Positions 23,827 to 36,474 of a stretch of 64,000 nucleotides of DNA are shown in pieces (the first letter of the stretch is position 1; every line of letters starts with the position of its first letter). A program made the position numbers and the translations under genes. The stretch is from Octopus vulgaris (taxonomy: Eukaryota), in the NCBI GenBank assembly GCA_951406725.2, contig OX597818.1, forward strand, positions 115,320,001 to 115,384,000. Direction: 5' to 3'. The notes under the pieces are model-generated. The model was not told where the DNA came from and did not search any database. It worked only from the letters and a program-made list of their open reading frames with translations.

Positions 23827-25030
23827 GAAAATTGTAGGGAAGCGAACTGGCAGAATTGTTATCGTTGCGGACAAAATACTGAGTAACATTTCGGCCGTTT
23901 TAACGTTCTGAGTTCAAATCCACCGATGTTGTCTTTGCTTTTTTTTTTTCATTTCGGTGTCTATAAAATAAGTACAGTTGAACACTGGGGTCGATGCAAT
24001 CAGCTTGCCTCCAACTCCGAATTTGCTAGCCTTGTGTCAAAATTTGAAACCAATATTAAGAATTGCCGGAATCGTTAAGGCACCTAACTAAATCTCCTGC
24101 AGTATTAAATTATTGTTCTTTATGTTCTGAGTTCAAACTTCTCCGAAGCCGACTTTACCTTTCAGGGGCCAAACATTGGCCTTACAAATTTCTGACCTTG
24201 TGCTTATTATGAAACTGGGAGTCACAAGACTTGAGTTTTCGTATTCAAACTTCTCCGAAGCCGACTTTTCCTTTCAGCCCTTCGGGACCATTAAATAGGG
24301 GCCAAACATTGGCCTTACAAATTTTTGACCTTGTGCTTATTATGAAACTGGGAGTCACAAGACTTTGAGTTTTTGTACCTTTTTTCAGAAATATCGCGAA
24401 TTGAACTCTCAAGGTTTTCCAACCTTTCAACGTTTATGCTAATCTCACGAACGACATTCTCAAATCTTTTGTTTATAAGATGAATGATTTCAATGAAAAA
24501 TATTCGATATGAACACGAAATTATAATTATAATACTTTTACAAAACCACACAATCGAACGAGGAAAGTAAGTACTTATTTTATTGAATCTCCGAAGACTT
24601 TGGTTCGGCAGCATAAAAGATGATGTAACTGAAGACCACACGAGTTGACTTCACTTTTCATTTCTTTAAAATCAATTGTGCTTTACTAGACCCTATTCAA
24701 CAGACTGTCTCTTTTCCCCATAATCTATAGTCTCTTGGTAACTTGAGATATCACCTTCATTATCATCGTCGTCGTCATCATTCTCACCATCACCACCATC
24801 ATCATCATGCTTTCAACAGTTTCACGTGAGCTTCTACACTAGCACCAGCTGGCGCACGTCCATGTTCGTAGATCAGCATTGTCATTTGAGGTTTTAGAAA
24901 GAATTGCGTTTGTATGCAATATCGTTTTCTTTTCTCCATTCTCGTGTTACTTTAGTTTTCCTTGTTGCTTTAGAATTTAGTCTGTAGGTTTTGTAGGACA
25001 TGTTTCCTATGTCAGTTATTCTTTTCATAC

Positions 25031-25704
25031 TGTTCCCAACCGGGATCCACAGAAGCTTTAAGGGGGTCCACGAGTAAAAAATTGTGATTTATGGGTCCAT
25101 ATATACATTTTGTTTACTAGGCGCAGGAGTGGCTGTGTGGTAAGTAGCTTGCTTACCAGCCACATGGTTCTGGGTTCAGTCCCACTGCGTGGCACCAAGT
25201 GTCTTCTATTATCGCCTCGGGCCGACTAAAGCCCTGTGAGTGGATTTGGTAGACGGAAACTGAAAAGAAGCCCGTCTTATATATGTATATTTATATATGT
25301 ATATGTGTGTTTGTGCCCCCAACATCGCTTGACAACCGATGTGGTGTGTTTATGCCCCTGTAACTTAGCTATTCGGCGAAAGAGACCGATAGAATAAGTA
25401 CCAGTCTTACAAAGAATAAGTCCTGGGGTCGATTTGTTCGATTAAAGGCGGTGCTCCAGCATGGCCACAGTCAAATGACTGAAACAAGTAAAAGAGTAGG
25501 AGAGGTGCTTGTATTTACTGAAATTTGCAAGATTTGCATTTGGAATTTATGTTATGAATATAACGAAATTGTTTCATTGTTAGTTTTTACTAACCTATAA
25601 ACAAATATTTTATTTCAAAATTTTCACATGTGCATATATGGGGTCCGCAGATGATAAGATAGCTCTCAGGAGGGCCACAAGCAAGATAAGGTTGAGAACC
25701 CCTG
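25031..25704. mobile_element. hAT-like MITE interrupted by a SINE family A copy (25119-25497)
   Basis: Ends TGTTCCCAACC and GGTTGAGAACCCCTG (CAGGGGTTCTCAACC-type hAT TIR); internal GGGTCC repeats. Confidence 0.6.
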
Positions 25705-26292
25705 CTTTAGAATTTCGCGTGTAATTTTGTAGGACATGTTTCCTATGTCAGTTATTCTTTTTATACTGTGTTTCCTGTGAGTTGTGTGTGTTTTAATACC
25801 GAATGGCAATTGCATAAATCGTATGATCTCTGCAATATACATTATTCTATTGTGTAGTGAGGTTGCAAAGTATGTGGTTCAAGTTCAGTTATTTTCTTGA
25901 CGTTTGGTTGTGTACAGTATGAATTGAAAATATCTTAAACGGGCTTTGGGTTCTGGTAGCAGGATCGTTTTTGGAACATGTGTAGAATAAGGATGGAGCG
26001 GTGTCCACCATTCCAATAGAAATGCAAATTGTTTGTATATTAGCAGAATTATCTACTATTTATTCATGAGATGCTTGATGTTCCTACATATTATTGGTTC
26101 TACTTTACTTGTGGCTCATGTTTCCAGGATCCATGCCTGAGTAACACTATCAGAAGTTTACAACGTGCTCAGCCTCTCATTTTTCTTTACTTAATTTTCC
26201 GTTATAGCTTCGTTGATCGTTAATTAACGTTTACTCGCAAATGAGCCATTAAATCACCCTTCTATATTTCTACAAAGTTGTTTTTCTTTATT

Positions 26293-26327
<35 letters not shown>

Positions 26328-26499
26328 CCACTGCGATATTATCGCAGTTAAGGCTTTGTTGGGTGTAGGTATGCAGGTTACGGGTAGATTTTAGCGTCTG
26401 CTCTTTCTCAAGTCTTGGTAATTAAGATGGTTTTCCTTAACGCGTCCTTCAGATGTTTCTTCCGAATCTTCCATGGGTTATTTAATATCTTTGCCAGCA

Positions 26500-26722
26500 C
26501 AAGGCGGCGAGGTGGCAGAAACGTTAGCACGCCGGGCGAAATGCGTAACCGTATTTCGTCTGCCGTTACGTTCTGAGTTCAAATTCCGCCGAGGTCGACT
26601 TTGCTTTTCATCCTTTCGGGGTCGATAAAATAAGTACCATTTACGCACTGGGGTCGATCTAATCGACTTAATCCGTTTGTCTGTCCTTGTTTGTCCTCTC
26701 TGTGGATAGTAAAGAAATAGGT
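26500..26722 (+). mobile_element. SINE family B
   Basis: Near-identical to 4644-4870. Confidence 0.8.
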
Positions 26723-27204
26723 ATCTGGCTGCCGATTGATCCATAACTCAGCCACTCACGTGTAAAAGCTGTTGCTATGCCATGAATTTCACTTTGAAAT
26801 TTGTTGACTCGGTTTCAAGTCTTGCTACAAGTTTATTGTTATACAAGTATTTAGAATTTCAAATCATACTTTTGCTTGTATCGATCTGGTTCAGATTTTG
26901 TTGATCAAAATTCTGTAAGCGTTCTAGTTTGATTTTATTATGGATGTTATTTACTGTTATTAATTTTTTCATGTATTTTGTTATTTGCTTTGCTTGTTTT
27001 GAATGTGTCAAGTCTTACATAGCTTACATTCTTAATATTTATATCTCTGCTCTTTCTTGAATGTTCTTGTTTGTATTTTTACTGTGTTCTTTGTGTGTTT
27101 TTTTTTTCTATGTTTTTGTTATGTATTCTGCCCTTTAACTAATCTATATCGGAAAATTACTATTTGTGAATCTCACAATGAGAGATATTCAACAACAGTA
27201 CTTT

Positions 27205-27458
27205 GGGTAAAGATTATTTGCCAAAATAACCTGGCAGTCCTGGTTTAGGACGAATGTTGCTGTAATTTAGCCCCAGGAGTCATCGTCTCCAGCTGGCTAT
27301 ACGACACAATTTGTGTCCTTATATTCCCTTGTTCGAAAATATAAGGACGCAGATCGTGTCGTACAGCCAGCTGGAGACGATGTCTCCGGGTGCTAAATTA
27401 CAGCAACATTCGTCCTAAACCAGGACTGCCAGGTTATGTTGGCAAATAATCTTTACCC
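27205..27458. repeat. Long hairpin: 121-bp arms, 12-nt loop
   Basis: 27205-27325 is the reverse complement of 27338-27458 with about 8 mismatches. Confidence 0.9.
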
Positions 27459-27703
27459 CTAATTTATATCGGTACCTTTTTTATTTTAATGTGTACCTTT
27501 TTAAATTAAAAACTCTGCAAGAATCTAAAACTATTGTTTAGAGTTTCTTTTCAAAATCGTCAAGAGTGAAGAACGAATTAGCGTCTGTTTATTTGGCAGA
27601 AAAAAAATGACCACCAAGAAAAACAACAATATCCGTTTCTACACACGATTTAACATCAGGAATCTTACAACACAAATTCATAAGCGTATATATATATATA
27701 TAT

Positions 27704-28142
27704 ATACTAAGTAATTAAGGGTTTAGCAACGATTTGCCTCACCACACACCGAATTTAGAAATAGCAGTCAAAGAGTTATGGCTATTCTTTCTACTTAAAA
27801 GGGAGATCCCAGTAAAACCACAGCACTTAAAAGGCAAACAATGCAGGCAAAAGAGAAAGAAATGACGACAATCATTCTATATTAAGTCACCTACGGATGT
27901 ACGTTTCGAAATTAAGTCATAGGAAAACATAAAAAAAAGCCCCATTCAAGGAAGGTTTAAGTAATACTAAGTAATTAAGGGTTTAGCAACGATTTGCCTC
28001 ACCACACACCGAATTTAGAAATAGCAGTCAAAGAGTTATGGCTATTCTTTCTACTTAAAAGGGAGATCCCAGTTGTTTGCCTTATAAGTGCTGTGGTTTT
28101 ACTGGGATCTCCCTTTTAAGTAGAAAGAATAGCCATAACTCT
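27704..28142. mobile_element. Second, deleted member of the 10.6-kb hammerhead/pLTR family
   Basis: 110-bp direct repeat 27704-27813/27964-28073 (260-bp unit), inverted tail 28073-28142; shares ACCGAATTTAGAAATAGCAGTCAAAGAGTTAT with 10664-10695; starts at (TA)n. Confidence 0.8.
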
Positions 28143-28868
28143 CGCAATTTCGGCTGATTAATCTTGAGATTGCTCCGATCTAGCCAGCCCCAAGTAAAAA
28201 CTAAGTTACAGGCATTAGATTTCTTGGAAAAAGAATCGAATATATACAAAACAAGGACAGAAAAACGGACGATGTTACACGAATATAAAAACAACAAACA
28301 AAAAATAATACGAATATAAATACAAAAACAATAAGAGAAAGAGACTTACACACATAAATATCTATTTTATAAATAACATTAATCATTCTGTAATTATTAA
28401 TATCAGTTATATTTAGGTCTAACCATTAATAATTTACTAAATTTGAAACTGTGTTAATTAGATCCTTATTAGAACCAGGATTTATATTTATATTTTATAC
28501 ATTATATAAATATATAATAACTTGCCTAAATACACTTATGTATAACCTATATTTCAAACATATGCATAATAATTTTTATATATTGTTTTTTATTCCAATG
28601 AATCATCCAATCTTATTTATTTCCTAATACATATAAATAACATTCCCTTAACAATAAATTTATGTTACGTCTGTCTTACTTTTCCACAGTAAAGTAAATT
28701 ATAGTACAAGTCATATTCGTTTGGTTATTTTTGAATTTAAATATCATACTCAATGTTTCTACTAAATAGTCCTAATGTATTTTAGTAACGTAACGACCAC
28801 AATACATAAGTATAGATAATCTATTTGTCTTCATATTACATAATACGTTCTTCTTTCTCTCTTGTTTT

Positions 28869-28907
<39 letters not shown>

Positions 28908-28911
<4 letters not shown>

Positions 28912-29220
28912 CAGTATCGCCCGGCGTTGCTCGGGTTTGTTTCGACACTTTAGAATTGGAATTTTTGAAAAGTAAAAATTTTGCATTATGTAGCTTGTTA
29001 TTCTCTTTAAGTGAACATTTTTCTGGTTGAAATACACCGAAAAATGGCGACACAGCAGTCAAAAAATCGTAAAAAATAGGGATTTTCATAGAAAAAAAAC
29101 ACCTTTTTGATGTAAATAATTGTTGGTGTTAACATGGTCCGATTTGAATTTTTTCCTCTACGGAAGGAAGAGCAAACCTTCTATCATACTTTCAATTTTG
29201 GTCAACTTGCGCCGCAATAT
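28908..29220 (+). mobile_element. Probable non-autonomous Helitron-type element in (TA)n
   Basis: Begins TAGCAGTATCGCCCGGCGTTGCTCGGG (short GC hairpin near terminus), flanked by TA tracts; similar start at 2385-2405. Confidence 0.4.
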
Positions 29221-30179
29221 AGATATATATACACATAATGGGTTTCTTTCAGTTTCTGTGTACCACTCCCAAGGCTTTGGTTGGTCCGAGGCTATAATAG
29301 AAAACACAACACTTGCCCAAAGTACCACGCAGTGGGATTTAACCCTGAACTACGTGGCTGGGAGGCAAGCTTCTTACCACAGAGCCACGCCTGAACTTAG
29401 GGAAGGGGCAAATCGATTACAATGACCCGAGTAGTCATCTGGTACTTATTTTATTGACAACAAAATGATGAAAGGCACAGTCGACCCCGACAGCATTTTG
29501 AACTCAGAACGTAAAGATGGGCGAAATGTCACCTTGTATACAATAAGGGACTTCTTATTTGGGTCCCAGAAATGCGAGAGGACGGGGCAATACCGTACAA
29601 TATACTGCACCCTTTAATGAGTAAACAGACTATTTTTGAAGTTGGTTAATCTGCATACGGTGTGTTTAAAATAGTTTTGTTCTTTGATATTTTTTAAGTG
29701 GATTAATAAAGATTAAACATAGTCAGCTTTAGAATTGTGTTAATTTATACCTGTATCGGTTAAATAACATCATGCTCTTTACGTTGCTTAGCTTAATTTT
29801 CATCCTATAAACATTATATTATGTATGTGTGTGTTTGTGATACAGTATGATATATCTTAGAATTTTCAATGGATTAATAAATTATTTATAATGGACGGAT
29901 AGGTACCCTAACCTTGCTTGTTGTTACCACAACATTTCGGCTGATGTGCTCTACAAGACTGGGTTCGAAATCCCACCAGAACACCTGATGGAGGCTGGAG
30001 AGTACATCAGGTGCGAACACCTATCCGTCCATTGTAAATAATGTGCATAATTCCTCATCTCAAAAATATAGAATAGGATTAATTAATTAATATCAGACAG
30101 TCCTTGCTTTAAAAATGTATTCATTTGAATTGGTTAACGAAAAATTAGTTCGTTGATTTTCATAGCTTGTATTATAAAT

Positions 30180-30426
30180 GTTCCTTCTCGAGCCATGCCA
30201 GGCTCATAAGGGCCCGGTTTCCCGGTTTCAGTAGCGTATATACTCCCCACCTGGACGAGACGCCGGTCCGTCGCAGCGTTACTCATTTTTGCCAGCTGAG
30301 TGGACTGGAGCGACGTGAAATGAAGTGTTTTGCTCAAAAACACAACGCATCGCCCGGTCCAGGAATCGAAACCACAACCTTACGATCATGAGTTCAACAC
30401 CCTAACAACTAAGCCACGCGCTTCCG
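30180..30426 (-). mobile_element. tRNA-derived SINE (family C)
   Basis: Head GCGTGGCTTAGTTGTTAGGGTG...GTTTCGATTCC; related copies at 16400-16530 and 51270-51425. Confidence 0.75.
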
Positions 30427-30701
30427 CATAGCTTGTGTTTTTATTTTAAGTATATTTTTAGTCTGTCGTCACAAAACCGGAAAATCTAAAATTCTGGGCC
30501 ACTTCCGATCCCAAGCTTTCCGAATATTTGGTCTAATACTGTATATGTATATATGTGCATATCTATGCACACACACGCACATACACATACACACACATAT
30601 ACGTATGTATGTTTTTATGTATGCATGTATATATATATATGTATATATATATGTATGTACCTATGTATATGTGTATATATATACGTACATATTTGTGTGT
30701 G

Positions 30702-30756
<55 letters not shown>

Positions 30757-33055
30757 GTATGCATGCGTGTATAGATGTATACACGCATGCGTTTAGAGAA
30801 TAAGTTTAGCCGACGCATCAATGTATTAACTCTTATGTGAAATAGTCAAAATATATTCGGATGTGTGGGCCATCGCTACACAATGATTATTTTGTCTTAT
30901 ACTAAAGCTAGCATTTCATTTACACATTTGGTAGTATATCAAAAGTAACAGATACGCCATATTGCTAGGCTATATATTGCTAGGCGTTACATGAAGTATT
31001 CGAAATAGATAAAAATGACTGAACACGTTTGAACAATTGAGGCTAAGAACTATTTCGCCAAGACACTATCGAGATAAGTCAAATCTTCTGCCAATGTTCA
31101 TGCCATTTTCTTAAGGAGTGTTTAATCTCATAAAACACATTGGCTGACATGCAGACTTATCTAACTGACCACCATTTTGTATATTCTTTTTGGATATATT
31201 TTATATATATATATTGCCACCAGTATCAAGCATAAAGGCGATACGCCAACGTGTAAGCGGTCGCATGTTCTGCTAGAAATAGCAAATAAATTTCACTGAA
31301 ATCACACTCTATTCTCTTCTATTTTAAGAAATAAAATTAACGATGTGACCAAGGTTGGATTGCCTTTGGTCCTTGTTTTTTATTTTTTATTTTCATCAAA
31401 CGCGCTGGGATAATAATCCAACGAGGGAGCAGCCGCGCGTTCTGCTAGAAACAGCAAGCAAAATTCACTCAAATTACACACCAGGGTTGGATTGCCTTTA
31501 GTCATAGGTTTTTTCACCAGCAATGACCTCGGATTTGGCATTTAGAAGACTGAACCGATAACCTCTTGGAACCAATCAGCAAAAAAGCTTTTACTCGGTC
31601 AGAGCTGACTTCGGACCGTTTTTTAATTACGTTAGAGATTCATTCTCGGAGGTTTCTTTCCTAGGAAGGAACGAAATACCATATCCAAGTCGCTCATACA
31701 GTCTCAAATTCATGGTTCGAACAGCTAAGAGAAACTGTAAATAACTTTCAATCGAAGAAGTTACTCAAGACAGTTCTCGCAAACAGCATATCGTTGGTGC
31801 TGACAAATCTAAGCGTTTCTCTTCCGGTTCCTTTTTTTAATTTCTCTCTAGTAATTTCTACCAATAGTTTTCTTTTTATTGATTTTCTTTTCGTATTTTT
31901 CTGACACTGACTTAATATTCTTTTTCCGATTTGTACTCCGCCTGTTATTTATTAAATCCCACCCCTTTTTTTTAACTAAGAATAAACTCCCTGATTCGTG
32001 GAAATTAGTTCTAGTCTGCGTCAGTTGGTGCAAACAGCTCCATTCCACTGCGAAGGTCACCCCTGAAACGTTCGATTCTTTACCTTCACTCATCACAACA
32101 AATGAACTTGCCAAACGCCGACGTCAAACTCTCCAATCTTAATCCAGTGATCTTTTACAAGTAAACCCATCTGTGATGGGAATGAAGCATTAAGTTTCTG
32201 ATAACGAATTCTCTGTTGACCATATAGAACACAACTTGTGGTCTGAATAACTGACTATATGATACTATGGCAATCCTATAACATTTCTAATTACTGAATA
32301 AAGAAACCCTGTCTAAATAAAATCTGATCAACTGGGTTCGATTCAACCACTTCTGAGCCTCAGAACTGGTCGAGAGTACGCAGACCATTTGATGAACCCG
32401 AATGGCGAAGGTGCGGCATACCAACAAAATCCCAATTTGGTCTATGAGGGACAATAGCAAGCATTTGCTCTCTGATTCTTAACGTATCTGCGCAGTTTTC
32501 CAGTAACTGAAAAGATTTTGTGTCTAAGCAGTTGAACAGAAGTGGCTAATATCTACATTACTTTGGTGATGTACGGCCGCTTGGGTGTCTTACTTTATAT
32601 CAAGACTCATCTGACCAGACTGAAGGGCATGCTTTCCTGCATCTTATGGAAGTGGACAAGTTGCCCTGAACAGGAAATTTATATGTTTCTAACAACCAGG
32701 CAGCAATGGAGACACTGACGAACAATGAACGAATGAGTCGTCTCTGTTCATCCGTTCTGCTTTTCGGGTGACCAGGATCGTCCTGGCAGATTTTATCGTG
32801 CTCGGTTGGTTCGTACTGGTATGGGAACGAATGGTTGACATACCCCGTGTTGGCGGGCACCGAACCTGGTGCTATTGATTGGAACAGATCAGAAGGCTGG
32901 TCATCGATCTCCAGCTTGCACGAGCACTCCTGTGAGTCTGTCATTTCGTTCGGTCGGAGATCTGAGTGTTTCAGTAACGATTCCCAGTAGACGCAACCAT
33001 TGTCAGATGGCCCGTACTAATATTGCAAAGCGTGCAAATCAGTCAGATGAACATA

Positions 33056-33349
33056 GTTTGTTCCTATTTCGAGCCATGCCTGGCTCATAAGGGCCGTTTT
33101 CCTTGGCGTATAGGTTCCCCACCTGGATGGGACGCCGATCCGTCGCAGGTGAGTTGCAAGATGCAGGAGGAAAGAGTGAGAGAAGTTTGTGGCGAAAGGG
33201 TCAGCAGAAGTTCGCCGTTACTTTCTGTCGGAGCCACGTGGAGCTTAGGTGTTTCGCTCATAAACACACACATCGCCCGGTCTGAGATTCGAACCCGCGA
33301 TCCCTCGACCGCGAGTCAGCTGCTCTAATCACTAGGCCATGTGCTCCAC
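33056..33349 (-). mobile_element. tRNA(Arg)-like SINE with 12-bp target-site duplication
   Basis: TSD CAGATGAACATA at 33044-33055 and 33350-33361; head TGGCCTAGTGATTAGAGCAGCTGACTCGCGG...GGTTCGAATCTC. Confidence 0.8.
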
Positions 33350-33703
33350 CAGATGAACATACTAGGGTCAATATTATCGACCAACCCTTCCCACCAAATT
33401 TCAGGCCGTGCGCCTATAGCAGAAAAGTAAAGGTGGCGAGCCAACAAAATCGTTAGCACGCCAGAAAGAATGCTTAGCGGTGTAGCTAAGGTGGGGCCCA
33501 GTTAGAATTTTCTTCAGGTCGAGTAGCCCATCCCGCTCAAAAGGTCCTTGAATAAGGATTGTTTAAGGATGTGGAACGAAACACCCATGTTTCCAAAGGT
33601 AAATTAACCAAACTCCCAAAGAATTCTTTTGAACACCTGACTATGATGCTCCCCCACTATTTCTACTCGTGATCAGAGATGCACATATCGTCAGCCACTA
33701 AAT

Positions 33704-33764
<61 letters not shown>

Positions 33765-33814
33765 GCTCTCTGCTGCTGCTGCTGCTGCTGCTACTTCTAC
33801 TACTACTACTATTT

Positions 33815-34253
33815 ACTTTTCATCTGCATATTTGTTACAATCACTTGCCGTCCTAGGACACCCAGGACGGATAAGAGATGTTACTGTATGACTGAAAGCT
33901 GATGGAGGGAAGCAGCAGGGGCAGTGGCGAAATATCTTCATGTAATACAGCACAGACATTTAAATTGATACGGTTTTTCTAAGGATGTGGGCAGTAGTTG
34001 TAAGCACAATCTTTTGGATTTCTCTGAGACATGGTTCTCATCAGATGTTATCTAGATGTTTCTGACATTCCCTTTTTTATCATACCCAGGGTACCTACAA
34101 TAGCAGCAACAACAGTTCTCGCTTTAAGATGCCACGTCTTTTGTATCTCAGTTTCCAGGTCTTTATATTTACTTAATTTGTCAAATTTTCTTACATATTT
34201 TTATCAGTGGAACACTTACATCTATTAGTCTACAAGTATTTTCTTCGCTTTCT

Positions 34254-34255
<2 letters not shown>
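33815..34255 (-). mobile_element. R4/Dong-like RLE LINE 3' fragment
   Basis: Minus strand KFDKLSKYKDLETEIQKTWHLKARTVVAAIVGTLGMIKK...IQKIVLTTTAHILRK. Confidence 0.75.
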
Positions 34256-34316
<61 letters not shown>

Positions 34317-34684
34317 TCCTTCTTTCTTCAAATTTTCTTCCGTTTCTCGCCGAGTGTTTTCCGTATACCTGGGGCAGAGAAACTCATTGTACGCATTCCC
34401 AGATTACACACGCAAATTCACGGGTAAAATATGTATTTAAAAAAATAATAAATAAATAAATTCATGAATGGATGTTGTTTTCACGGCGATAATGCTCTTC
34501 TCAGTACATGAGCCGTTCCAGTTAGCACGATCTTTTTGCACTTCCTATAGGCCTGGTATTATTATTATTATTTTTTTTTCTTCTTCTTCTTTCAAATTTG
34601 CTTCCATTTCTTGCCGAGTGTCTTCCCGACTCCTAGGGCAAAGAAACTTATAGTATACATTGGTAGGCCATTAAACCAAACTCA

Positions 34685-34780
<96 letters not shown>

Positions 34781-35920
34781 TCATATATACTCAACAGATT
34801 AGACTGTTGGAAAAGAAAAAAATCCTAACATCGGGCTACAACAAGTAGCCTTAGATGACAAGAACCCTCCTATCAGGTTACAGCAAGTAACCATAGATGC
34901 CAAGATGCCTCCTAAGTATTCTAGCTGTTCTTAATAACGCTGTTTTCTGCAGCTGTACTAAACTGGGTTTTATGCCTATATCCTCTGTCAATCTGTTCAG
35001 ATCTTTAAGGATAGTTCCCGATGCACTTATAATTACTGGGATATATTTTACCCGCTCTTTCCATAGCCTCTGTAATTCAATGACTAGGTCCTGGTACTTT
35101 GCTATTTTCTCTATACTTCTCATATTAATTTTTTTCATCATTTGGGACAGTAAAATCAATTATCTGGCACTTCCTAATCTCTTTATCTACTAAATCAAGC
35201 CTTCTAACGTCTATTACCCTGTTAGTCTGAATGTTAAAGTCCCACAACATCTTGTAGTTCCTACTTTCTAGTACTTTACTAGTTTCATGTTCATATCATT
35301 TATCAGTATGTTCAGATCCTAGTTTTCTACATAGCTCCCTGTGGATTACTTTTCCTAGATTGCCATGGCTTTTCTTGTATTCTTTCTGTGCCAATATACT
35401 ACATTCACTTACTAAATGAGTAACGCTCTCCTCTTTTGCTTTGCATAATCTACATTGGGAATCTACCTGGTTTTTGTCTATCTTGGTTGTTATCCAATTA
35501 GTCCTTGAGGCTTGATCTTGTGCAGCTACTAACAAACTTTCTGTCTTCCTCTTCAGCTTTCCTTTCTGCAACCATAACCTTGTCTCACTACTATTTGCTG
35601 CAACTATCTTTGTAGATCTACCATGCAGCGCCTTCTCGTACCTGTCAGATAATTTCTGTTCTTTTTTCTGATCTTTAAGTTCATTTGGTGTTTGGGTTTC
35701 CGTATACCTTGCTGTGACTCTAGCAGCTTTTAATAAATCCCTTCAGTATTACCTACATAGGAGTCTATATCTACTCTAGCTAACTCTGCGCAGCCCTCCA
35801 CTGATATTAACCCTCTTTCGCCTTCCTTCTTAGGTAGGTACAATCCTGCTACTCGTGTCCTTCGGTGGAGTCCTCCATTCATATTGAATCCCTTCCTAGT
35901 TCTTCTGTCTAGCTTTGCTA
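34781..35920 (-). mobile_element. R4/Dong-like RLE LINE, 5'-truncated and decayed
   Basis: LVAAQDQ, CRLCKAKEESVTHLVSEC (CCHC knuckle), WDFNIQT, EKIAKYQDL...IPVII; (TAA)n at both ends. Confidence 0.85.
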
Positions 35921-36405
35921 ATTATTATCATTATCATTATTATTATAAGCTATGAGAAACGAACTATGCATAATAGTAATTAGAATGTCAGGCGCCATAA
36001 GCAAAATAATCAGTTGAATTGAAGATATTCACGGAGATGCACTGGAATTCTGTACAGAGAAGTCTCTTGATTCCAGAAGGAAATGTCAAAAACAAATCAA
36101 ATACACGAACGAAAAGAAGACGTGAAAAGAAAACTCTAATGTTCTTTGAGAAAAAACAGATGAGGATTACGTTGTCGTCCCACAAGAGACTCAACATGGC
36201 TTGATGCGAGGTTTCGTTTTATTAATTGCTGTTTATTCAAAGATTTATTTGTTTAATTATATTTGCGACCGTATAAAGGGTTTCCTTGTTCGAGAAGTCA
36301 AAACTAAACACGTTTTTTTTTTAAATATGAAGTTTGTTTCAATTAGTGAAACTCCTCATTGTTAAAAAGTCGCTCTGGATGGGTTAAATTTTTTTCTTCT
36401 TTTAT

Positions 36406-36464
<59 letters not shown>

Positions 36465-36474
36465 CATATATATA

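Noticed and set aside
25740-27050. Possible very old LINE RT remnant on the minus strand
   Set aside because: Too decayed to identify diagnostic motifs by eye
33679-33891. Poly-Leu/poly-Ala ORF resembling a signal peptide
   Set aside because: Translation of (CTA)n/(CTG)n microsatellite at a LINE tail
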